Of a DNA stretch of 64,000 nucleotides, positions 43,513 through 53,986 are shown in pieces. Positions within the stretch are counted from its first letter, which is position 1; the number at the start of each line of letters is the position of its first letter. Under the pieces are notes generated by a model. It saw only the letters and a list, made by a program, of their open reading frames with translations. It made no database searches and was not told the DNA's origin. Position numbers and translations under genes: made by a program. The stretch covers positions 186,001 to 250,000 of the forward strand of contig OX337231.1 in the NCBI GenBank assembly GCA_946965045.2, written 5' to 3'. The stretch is from Epithemia pelagica (lineage: Eukaryota; Protista; Bacillariophyta).

Positions 43513-44890
43513 CGACAAGACTATTCTCATGACCTGGCCGACGAGGAGGAGGAACTCATGCCATCCCATCGAACCGCCGCCACAACCTTGTTGTGCCAAA
43601 CGGAATCCTTGCCGGACACATCACCGGAACAAGATGATGACGACTCTGTGGATGCACCCGCGACAAGAACGCTCATGGAGGCAACCGAGGACCAAGCCGG
43701 GACGACGACAACATCAACAATAAACTCCTGCACTATGGCAGACGAGACCAACCATCCGAAACATGTCAACGCGGATCAGCAGCAGCAGGAGGAGGCAAAC
43801 GAAAGGGTCACTGCGACGAGTGCATCATCCACGAAAATCATGCATGACCAGGATGAACCTGACAATGACGACAATGTCTAGGAGTTTGCAAAATGGCGTG
43901 GCGTGATTTCCATACAGCAATAACATTCCTTGATCCACGACAAATGATTGTTGTCATTCATTCATGGACATTTGTTTTTGGTGACAGCACGGCATGCTGA
44001 TTCTGTGTTCCGAAAATGTTGCATTCTGTCATGAAAGCGGGCCATGTTCGGTCCACCCTCTTTGTTTGGGTACTACGGACAAACAATGACGCTCTCTCTT
44101 TGTTTGGGAAGTGTAATCCAACCACACACTACTATACACTCCTTCCATCCACGCACTACCTGTTGTGCCCGGATACGAAACAACAACACTGGGAATTGAT
44201 TTGCAATGACTGTGGTGTACTCTCCCGATTTGTGTGTAGAGTTTTTCTTTTGGAATTGTTTTGATAGTGTGCCGGTTTCCTTCCATCTTTTTCGACACAC
44301 AACTGTATCTACTACATCTAGTAGATACATAATATAGAGATGGACCTTTGCTTATGTTTGCGTGGTTTTTTCGATATTATTTATCATTGCGCCGGTTTGT
44401 TTTTCCTGTCATCGTTGCAGTTACGCACATGAGTGTTCAACAGACATTACTGTAGTATCTACTACATCCAATAGGTAGTAGATGTCATGGAGATGACCCT
44501 TTTTGTTGTTGTGACTCCATTTTTTGTGAATTCAACAATACATGCCTATATATCGACAAGGAGACTCATGGTGGTGGTGATGGTTGCTGCCGTGTGTAAT
44601 CCGGTTTCCCACTTTTCTTGCATGGTTCTAATTCGTGCAATTCATATCCACTGGGCACAATCGTTAAACGAGGCAACCCGTTTCATCCTGTCTCGTTCTT
44701 TTTCTCTCGCTGTTTTTTAAGCACACCACACTTGTTTCGCACATGGGGCGCGCAGATGAAAATGTCTGGATCACACCACAGCAGCGGGCAGTGACAAAAG
44801 TGATTGGTTGTATATATTGTACATTGTGTCGTGTCGTGGGTTTTGGAGAAGGACAATGATTCTTCTTCTTCTTGTTGTTTATGTTGATGA

Positions 44891-47661
44891 TTATCCCAAT
44901 TTCACTTGTCCCAAATGGGTTTGGACACAAAGGGCTCCAAGGAGGACCCCGGCTCCAATGACACCGGGCGCTTGGAGTTGATACAAGGTGGCCAAGGCCC
45001 CGGCCACGCAAAACACGACGGCATCGGCGGCGGTATGGACACTCTTGGTATACAGAAATAAACATCCGCCTCCAATCAACCCCACGGCGGCGGCATTCAA
45101 GCCTTGCAAAAGGGCCTTGAACCATGCCAAATGCCGGGCATGACTCCACAATGGCAAGAGTGCCAAGATCCACAAAATACCGGGGGCAAAAATGGACCAT
45201 TGGGCAACGACCGCACCACGGATGCTGCCCGTATGGACGGCACCCAAAAAAGCGGCAAAATTACACAAGGGACCGGGCAAGGATTGGGCCAACCCCAAGC
45301 CTTGAAAAAATTGGGCTTCACTAATCCATTGTTTGGCCGTCACGAGTTCGGCATGGGCCATGGGAATCATTACAACGGCACCGCCATAAATCAAACTCCC
45401 AATGCGAAACATGCATTCCATCAACACAATGGTATCCGGTGGAACCGTGGGACTGACATGAACGACCGCCACAAGTACCAACAAAGTAAGGGCCCAAATC
45501 CCAAAATACATAAAGCCTTGTCCCATGGTAATGCCAATTTGTCGTTTCAACATTTCATCCCTCTCATGAGTCGTATGTGGTTGTTGTTGTGGAGGATGAT
45601 TGGGAGAATCCGAGGAATGGTTGTGAGAATTGTGGGTACGATGAAATGGCAAATTGGTTTCTTGTTGTTGTTGTTGTGTGGCTTCTTCGTCCAAGGTCAT
45701 GGTGGCTGCAGTATTCCCATCTTCACCAGCACCTTCCTTGTCGTCATCCTTGTGGTCGTCGTGACTCTTATTGGTATGCCAACCATTCCGACCATTGTGT
45801 TGTTGTTGGTGAGATGTGATTGGGTGCGGCACTCCACCATGTTGTTGCAACAATAAATGATGGATCCACAACGTCATGGCACCGGCCAGCAATAACAGGG
45901 GAAAGACGACACTACTGCTTGGTAAATGAGGATCGCCGGCATTGACCAAAATGGCACCGACGCAGGAGACCAAGGCCACGATCCATTCCAAGGCGTGCAA
46001 TTTTTGACAAAAGCCGTACGTGGCCTTGAAAATCAAACTCACGGCCGCCGGGGGCACACCGACCAACCACATACTAGTAGTACTAGTACTAGTACTAGTA
46101 CTGTGGGAGGCCATATCACTCGGGTCGGCGGTTCCTCCTCCCGTATCATCATTCGGTGGATTCGACGCCAACGACGACGAATGGACCCACAATCCAAAGC
46201 CGGTCAAGACCAGTGCTCCGGGCCAGGCCCACAAGACAAAGGCCAAGAGGCCACCCCAGACACCACCCCGTGTCGCGGCCGATCCAATCACTAATTGCGT
46301 CGACGAGGGTCCCGGAAGGCCTTGGCCTATTATAGTGTTGCGAAACAACATGGAATACCATGCCACGTGTCGGTTTGGTGGGGAATAGCAAAACAAAGAG
46401 ACGAGAAACGAGAGAGCGAGAAAGGAGACAAGAAAAGAGAAAAAGAAGAGGAGAGAAAGGAGACAAGAAAAGGGAAAAAGAAGGAGACAAAAAAGAGAGA
46501 AAAAGAAAAAAGAGAGAAAAAGAAGAGAGCAAAATAGAAGAGAGTCACAAAAGAGGAGAGCGAAAAAAGAGAGAGTCACAAAAGAAGAGAGCGAAAAAAG
46601 AAGAGAGTCAAAAAAGAAGAAGAGAGGGAAAAAGAAGAGAGTCACAAAAGGAAAGAGGGAAAAGAGAGAGTCACAAAAGAAGAGAGCGAAGAAAGAAGAG
46701 AATCACAAAAAAACGAAGAAGAGAGACACAAATGAAGAAACACAAAAAAAAACGAAGAAGAGAATCACAAAAGAAAAGAGCGAAAAAAGAAAAGAGACGC
46801 AAAAGAAGAAGAGACACAAATGAAGAGAGCGAAAAAAGAAAAGAGACACACAAGAAAAGAGACACACAAGAAGAGAGCGAAAAAAGAAAAGAGACACAAA
46901 ACAACAGATCGAAAAAAGAAGAGAGAGGGGAAAAGAAGAGAGACATAACAGAAGAGAGAGGGAAAAAGAGAGAAAACAGAAGAGAGACACAAAAGAAGAG
47001 AGCGAGAGAACGAGAAAAGAAGAGAGAGACAAACAAACAAACAGAGAGGTGCTGGTGTGAGAGCCACCCACCAAATCCACACCCACAGCAGTACCAAGAA
47101 TCTAGAGAACGAACCACAGTCCTGTGTTTGTGTGGTGGTCTTGTGTGTTTGTGTGGTTTTCCCGTTGACAGTTTGGTTGTGTGTGTGTAGCGGAACTCTC
47201 CAATAGAACGTACCCAAGGCAAAGAGTTCCAAAAAGACATCTTCATCGAGCCAGGCATGGACACGGACCAAATGATCGCGAAAAATGGCCACATGAACAC
47301 TGGGACCTCCAAAGGCAATCCATCCCAAATGCCAATACACTTGCAACACATGATAGAGTCGTTGCGGCAGAGAGGACGACGACGACGACGAAAAAGAACC
47401 ACCACCACCACAGCACCCTTTTGTGCCAGCACCACAATCGTCCTTTCGAGGAGGAGGAGGATTCGTAGTGTGGGCATTCCACGATGACGAGGAAGAGACT
47501 AACAAGGGATCCGTTTCGCCACGAAAGGTTGTTGTTGTGGTTGTTGTTGCCGGAGCGCTCATCGTGTCACTTCCCATACTCATGCTAAAATGAGTCGGTG
47601 GTGGTATTGCAAGGCGATCCGAATGGCCGTTGGAAGGAAATGATGGTTGTGTGGTGTCCAT
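44891..47661 (-). CDS. chrA: Long-chain chromate ion transporter (CHR family); 2 exons: 47661-47214 and 46326-44891
   Basis: GWIAFGGPSVH...WLDEDVFLELFALG joined across the GTACGT...TAG intron (47213-46327) to QGLPGPSSTQL. Second CHR domain: GSLIYGG...QFFQGLGLAQSLPGP. Confidence 0.88.
46385..47045. repeat. Purine-rich (sense strand CT-rich) degenerate minisatellite inside the chrA intron
   Basis: Roughly 30-34-nt units such as gagagcgaaaaaagaagagagtcacaaaagaa repeated with variation. Confidence 0.85.
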
Positions 47662-48599
47662 CCTCCTGCTGGTGCTGTAGAAGAGAAATAGAGGAACACA
47701 ATATTAATAATAGGGGATGCGTTGTGGTCCGCTGCCAAAGAGGACGGTGAGGAGGAGGTGCTCCCACAGCGAGAGTTCAGCCGTTGATGTCGTCGTAGTC
47801 TCCTTCCAAGATCTTGAGAGACTTCTGAGACTTTTTTGAAGAAACTCTCTGATTCAGAGAATGTGACACCCTTCCATCTGTCGGGACATTCTTCCACGCA
47901 CATGAGTCGCGTTTCAGATGGACAGGCTTCGCTGCACGCGAGGCGACCACTCCAACTCACAAAATGGGCAGCTATCCATACCTTTTCTACAAAGAAAAAC
48001 GAACACGTCGTTCACCACAACGCAAACCGCAGCAAACCGAGACGAAGAGAAAACAAGATTCTCGACATCATCATCCTCCATCGCCTCCCACAAAAGATCT
48101 CTCCCGGTTGCCCCTTGTCCATACACAAAAGCGAGAGAGAGAGACTCGAGACAGAGAGTTTGACGATTCATCCTTTGGTTGTCACTTTTTGGCCGAGAGC
48201 AATACGAGCACTCGTGTATCAATTTCCCTCACATACACGTGCCAAATTTGCTCCATGGCCATGCACACTCGTCCCAAAAATGGCTGGCGCACCCAAATCG
48301 CCTGCCAGTCCCCTTAATTACAAAAACAGACTATTTAACGAAACTCTACAGAGAAACGTCTTTCTCTCGTCATTTTCTGCTCATTTTTCTCATTCGGTAC
48401 CCACCTCCCTCGGAGGCAACATTGGTTTTGGTCCATCAAACCTGCCAATGGGAACAACCATGGCTTGTGAATTTCAATCTACCATTCGGACAACTCACAA
48501 ATAACTTGATACGTTGTCCTCTCAGAGAAAGATTGAAGAAAGAAACAATTAAACAACATACCCGGCCCTGACCTCCATCACCCTGTTTACGTTTGCAAC

Positions 48600-50417
48600 A
48601 TGCAAGACTCTTTTAGAATTGGCTCATTCGTCCATATCCGCCTCCCTAAACAAGACGAAGAGACAACGACCATTGCCCGTTTGGACTACGCGGACGACGG
48701 CGAACTGGCATTGACACTCTTCTTTCCTCTTTTCCCCGACAAGGAGTTGACATGCCACCCGCCTCCCCCGGAACACGCCATCGACCCGATTGTTGATGGC
48801 ATCGGCAAGAACAACGTTGAGTTATACCGTTCTGGGATACAGATCAAACAATTCCCGTCCTTTATCCTGCTTTTGTATTCAACATCGAAGAACTGTCGCA
48901 TCCCCAAAATGCATGGGCCTCCGGAATCCGGAATGCGCAACGTTTACGTTGTTCGTTTCAAACAAAGAAGAATCCAACACGTCCCTAAACTTGTTCCCAT
49001 TCAACCATCGGACGTTCTTTGTTTCCCTACCAACTCTATTGCTCCGGACGACGAGTCCCTTATCATATGCCACAGATGCTATCACAAGAACGTATGGACT
49101 GGCCTATATCTTCTCCGAAAGGCCATTAGCAAAGTCCTAAACAGACGACGCAGAGTTTCAGAGAAGCACCAAGTTGTCCAGACATGTGGAATAGGCCTTA
49201 TTCCTTTGGAGGTATTCAATTACATCCATGTATTGGCCAACTCGTCTGTCAAGTCACTAACTTGTCATTATTGTTCCTCTTCAGAGTCGTATTTGCACAT
49301 TGACGAAAACCTCACTCGTCGCAAACTCAAGTTCGAGTTTGAGCAAGGTGTCATGCGCTTTGTGTCCTGCGACGACCTGGACATTCTCCGCCAGTTCCTC
49401 GGTTTGGGCGGCGTATATGGTTCTCCGGAAACCCGACCTACATTAGCGGAATCGAAACACGGCCATACTCTCAAACGGGGTCACTCATTGACCCTCGTCC
49501 AAGCATCTAAACAAGACGACGAGACACCTTTCAAACGCCGTTCCAAACAGCAACGAGTTGACCTAATGTTCTCTCCAACACAGGTTCGTGTCACAGTTGC
49601 TTATTCGCGTTATACTTTTGATACCTTTCGATCTACTGGACGACTAAAACATGATCCTCCTACTCCTCATCTCCAGGCTATCTTAAGCAAACAAAAATAC
49701 AACGAACGACCCGATACTGTATTCTGTCCCAAGAGGAACTCCTCTCCTGGACATTCCTCATCCTCAGGAGGACCATCAGAAATTTCAGGTGGTCCTGATT
49801 CTCTCGATGCCTCGGACAAGGATAGAAAACCCCCGGCTAACGACGACACGTTCCATAAAATTTTGGAGATGTCTATGAATGACTCTGAAGACGACGAGGA
49901 TGATAGTGTGCATGACCCCCATGTTGCAACCACCATTCCTCCTGATACCTGCTCTGACAAAACAGACAACAACGATTCGAAGGAAGCCCTTGATTACACA
50001 ACCAATCAAAACGAGACTGCTTCACAAGAACTAGTTCTAAGTCCTATTGATGAACACGTGAAGGTTCAGGTCGGGGATACGACCATCTACGTCAGCGACC
50101 AGTTCTATGACCTCAAGTCTGTCTTCGAAGTATCTTTCATCTTGAAGCCGTCTTCGGACAAACGATTCCTTGTACGCGAGAAAACCACTGGTGCTTGGTT
50201 TACGACAACTAAGGCGGCATCGTTTGTATCTCATCGTCCTCGATTTGGACCCAAATACAACCACGAAGGAACCTTACCTGCCGACGCAGGTCCATTCTAC
50301 GTCTGCCAGGTTGTTGCTGGTTCAATGTACCGAAAGGAAATTGATGTGTCCCAACAAACTATCATTATCAAAGAACACTCTGACGAATTCGTTACCAAAC
50401 TACAAGACTTCAACTAG
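48600..50417 (+). CDS. Transposon accessory protein (605 aa); N-terminus possibly BAH-like
   Basis: Open ORF from ATG 48600, inside the TIRs, ending 30 nt from the transposase stop. N-terminus RIGSFVHIR...IARL...LFFP...NNVELYRS resembles the BAH pattern; acidic patch SEDDEDDS. Confidence 0.6.
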   Translation: MQDSFRIGSFVHIRLPKQDEETTTIARLDYADDGELALTLFFPLFPDKELTCHPPPPEHAIDPIVDGIGKNNVELYRSGIQIKQFPSFILLLYSTSKNCRIPKMHGPPESGMRNVYVVRFKQRRIQHVPKLVPIQPSDVLCFPTNSIAPDDESLIICHRCYHKNVWTGLYLLRKAISKVLNRRRRVSEKHQVVQTCGIGLIPLEVFNYIHVLANSSVKSLTCHYCSSSESYLHIDENLTRRKLKFEFEQGVMRFVSCDDLDILRQFLGLGGVYGSPETRPTLAESKHGHTLKRGHSLTLVQASKQDDETPFKRRSKQQRVDLMFSPTQVRVTVAYSRYTFDTFRSTGRLKHDPPTPHLQAILSKQKYNERPDTVFCPKRNSSPGHSSSSGGPSEISGGPDSLDASDKDRKPPANDDTFHKILEMSMNDSEDDEDDSVHDPHVATTIPPDTCSDKTDNNDSKEALDYTTNQNETASQELVLSPIDEHVKVQVGDTTIYVSDQFYDLKSVFEVSFILKPSSDKRFLVREKTTGAWFTTTKAASFVSHRPRFGPKYNHEGTLPADAGPFYVCQVVAGSMYRKEIDVSQQTIIIKEHSDEFVTKLQDFN

Positions 50418-50447
50418 TATTTACCATACCTATATAGTGTCATTGTT

Positions 50448-53400
50448 CTATTCACTCTCGTCGTCACTCATTACGTTGTCATCCTCAGAGTCGGCCTCTT
50501 CTGATCCTTTGTCTGCAAGGCTCGAAGATTCCGATTCCGAATCATCTTGTCTGTTGTACATCTTGTAGGCCAAATTACGAATTGCTTCGTCCAATGATTG
50601 CTCGTATAGGGAGTTCTTGCCTATAGTGTAGTCAAATTGGAGTTCCACTCGTTCGTCCTCAGCTCCCATTGCAACTTCAGATGGACGATCACTTATTAGC
50701 TGTCCAAACTCAATCGTTCCCCCGAGGTTTCTTACCCAATCACGAGTATTCTCTCTCTCTTTGACAGTCAATCCTGTCACTGCGGTACGAATGTCTTCTT
50801 CCGTATATTTGCCCATGAAAATAGTTCTCCGCTGTACCCAACAAGCCATGGGCAGGAGTCTCGATTGCTTACCCCGACCCTTGTTCACCGAGCCACCCCT
50901 TTGAGTCCGATTGAAGAAGTAGGTCTTGAATGCGCTATTAAAGGCTTCCCACCCTTGTTGCGAATGTACGGAAAGGTTTCTCCAATGTTGAAGGTATTCC
51001 AATAAGTGACCCGACCCCATCATGTGCCCATAGTTGGTGATACCATCGGAACCATGCAGGGTTATCCAGTCCCTGAACCAAAGATCGGCGCTACTCTGGA
51101 AATCCCAGATCTTGTCGTCAGAGAAAGGAGTTCTCTTGCGCAACTTGGTCATTGCCTCCGCATAGTGCCCAACAGACTCTGTCCATAGCTCCATCTCTGC
51201 ATCGTTGTCAATACACAGTTCTACGATCCTATGTATCCCAGTCAACAGTGCCCTCACTTGAACGTTGTCTAACTTCAGAATCCCAATCTGCTTCTTGTCG
51301 TCATTGAATGGTACACTGGAAGGATTTGATTCAGTCCCAAGCATCTCTCTGTTCACCCTTTTTTCAATCTCATTCTTTAATGCGTTACAAGCTTGCAGTT
51401 TGCTCGATTTACAAGAGTCGTTCATCCATGACAACGAACCCTTCTTTGCATTGGTGAAGCCGTCCTTGATACACATCGTGAGTATCTTGATACCGAGTCT
51501 TATTTCCATGTGAAGGATGCATGGAACAAGGTCCATCATCATCGCAAGGGCCGACGTGGCATTTGCTTTGCCAAACTTTTTCACGGCTTTGGACGCATCG
51601 TGGTACGTCCATTCCGATACGTGTTGCAAGAAGAGACGAGCCTGTCGTTCGATAAGAGAACCATCGAAAGACAGGTCTCTTAGGGCAAGATCCTCTGTGA
51701 GATATGTCGAATACTTTTTCCTTTCGGCACGAGTCGCTTGACCGATATTGAAGTGGATAGATGTCAGATTCCCTCCCTCATTCTCTCCGTGGGGGAGTCG
51801 CGGGTCACCTTGTACTGGAATGTTGGACTCCTCCCAAATGTTCTCGATCTCTTTTGATATTTCTGGCATATCTCTCTCGAATCTTTTCAATTTGGCTCAA
51901 AGAGACTTGAGATGCTCTGGCGTACACATCTTTATATGCCTGCACTCCCAGTCCGGGATGGTGTCATGGCCCATTGCATAACACCAGTTACAGAAGGTCT
52001 TTTACCTCTGACGTTCTTTTTCTTCTCTTTTCCCATGATACAAACAAGAGGAGTAACGTCATTCCTCGATGACGTTAGAGGATTGCTTTGGTCATTGAAG
52101 TTTATTCCGGCCATCGTGATGGAATGCTTCTTTGATAACGTGGCACCATCAAGAGTTTGGGCCATTAGTAGATTTCGTTCTTTTGCTTCTTCCACGACAT
52201 CACGGGCCATGACAATTTCGCGCGTCATATCAGCCGGTCTGAAATAGAAGCCTTCAGACCCGTCATTGCTGTCTCGTATCATCTTGAATGGGATCTTTAT
52301 ATTGCCAAAGGATTCTATCAGGGCGGCCACCTGTTTGAGTGAGCTTGAACTCGGTATCATTGTGCGTAGGTGTTTTTGGCCGTTGGTTTCACAACGGCGT
52401 AGTATCTCTATTCCTTCGAAATTTAGAACTCCCCCAGCGAGGTCCATCACGCGGAGAAAACGGAAGGGAGTGAACAGATGATTGCGCATGTAGGTCTTGA
52501 ACTGCCGTACAAATTGGTCCTGTAGTTGTCCATCATGGATTTTCGATTCGATCAACATGTCAGCAAGGAGCTGAAAGAATTTGTCTGTTCTTTTACTGTT
52601 CATGGCATGGTTCTCCACGCTTTGCTTGATCACATCCTTGATATACAAAACAATCTCCTTTGCACGTTCGTTGTCAGTACAGGACGGAGGAGGAAGCCGT
52701 CCATATTAAGCAAGATCATCTTTCCTTGCCTTCTCAATAGTACGAATACGATCGTCCTTGGCTCGGATATTGACTTCCAATGCCTTATTGCGACGTTCCT
52801 GTTTTCAAATCTTGTCTTTCATTTCGACGAGGCGTTCCTTGAGTAGATCAATGCGGGCTATGAGAAGATCCTTTTCTCTTTGTGGTGAGAGGGGTAGTCG
52901 AGATATTGAATTGGAGATCCTTTCGAGACGGGGAGAGCGTGAAGGGGATCGTATGGCAGCGTCTGTTGTAGACGTCCGTGAGGTGGTTGTTTGCGACAGT
53001 AGGAACGATGGGGACGTGTCTTTGGTGGGATTGGTTTGTGCGCCATCAGAATTACGACTGCCTTGAACAGGGGAGGCTTCTTGTGCAGTCGAGAATGGGG
53101 TTCTGACAGTTGTAGACGCAGTGTTCAATGAATCAATTTGAGAAGAAGCATCGGTCCGGAAAATTACTGTTTGTTGACGAGCCATCGGAGATGGATTCGT
53201 TCTTACACTAACAGTAGGATTCGTGGATTGTGGACAAGTTGTAGAAGCATCAGTCGTTGCATTGCTTGTCTGAGACGGTCTCGTTTTGTCTTTGTCTTTA
53301 TTGTTGCCAGTGCTGGGAGATTCGGAAGGGTCTTCTTCATCATCCTCCATTGCCGTTGTCAAAATGAGGGCTTGTTTATGGCGATGGGTTTGTTGTATAG

Positions 53401-53986
53401 GTGAAATAGGCCTGCAGATTGTGTTGTCAGTGACATTGTTGCCTTGCGGATAGATTGCTGTTGTAAGAACTGCAGCATTTGCATTGACCATATTGGATGT
53501 GGTGGTGACTCGAGCTTTCTGTCCTCGTGGTTTGATGGTTTTTACTCGGTGAGTTGGATACCCAACACTGGTATGGTGGGACCTGACTGTCCTGTTGACA
53601 TAAATAGAAGGATTGTTCTTTTCATATTCATCCGCATCGAAACAATTGCTGCAGAATTTGAAACCACGGAAAATTTGGTAACGGTAGCTGCCAAAAACAG
53701 AACAAGGTTTGGTTGTGGACTTCTTGAATTCTCTGCAGATTTGGGATATCCTCTCTCGTTCGTCATATGATACAGCCAGAGAGTTGCCTTCTGATGAAAG
53801 TCTCCTAGACCGGGTTTGTTGGTTGGGAGAGGGAGGCTTCTTTTTGATCCGGGCTTGTTCAGCTTCTGGGATGAACTTTTTGGCAAATTTCGGGATGGGT
53901 TGTGACGGAGGTCGGCCTGGCTTCTTCTTGGACCTTGAAGGAGGACGTTTGGGAGAGGCTTTCTTGTTCTTGTTACGGGTCTTCAT
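50448..53986 (-). pseudogene. Decayed RAG1/Transib-like DDE transposase
   Basis: ORFs 53986-52805, 52648-51932 and 51890-50448 form one reading. In-frame stops at 52805-52807, 52706-52708 and 51897-51899; frameshift near 52000. Motifs TLDG, PLVCIMGKE, FCNWC, VPCILHMEIR, LDNVQVRALL and ITNYGHMMGSGH...SQQGWEAFN. Confidence 0.8.

Noticed and set aside
46360-47190. 276-aa K/R/E-rich ORF and the matching Phe/Leu/Ser-rich opposite-strand ORFs
   Set aside because: Translation of the intronic minisatellite; the CHR motif is restored only by splicing this region out.
48600-50417. RAG2 orthology of the partner ORF
   Set aside because: No kelch-like GG repeats and no C-terminal PHD Cys/His pattern; only the gene geometry is shared.
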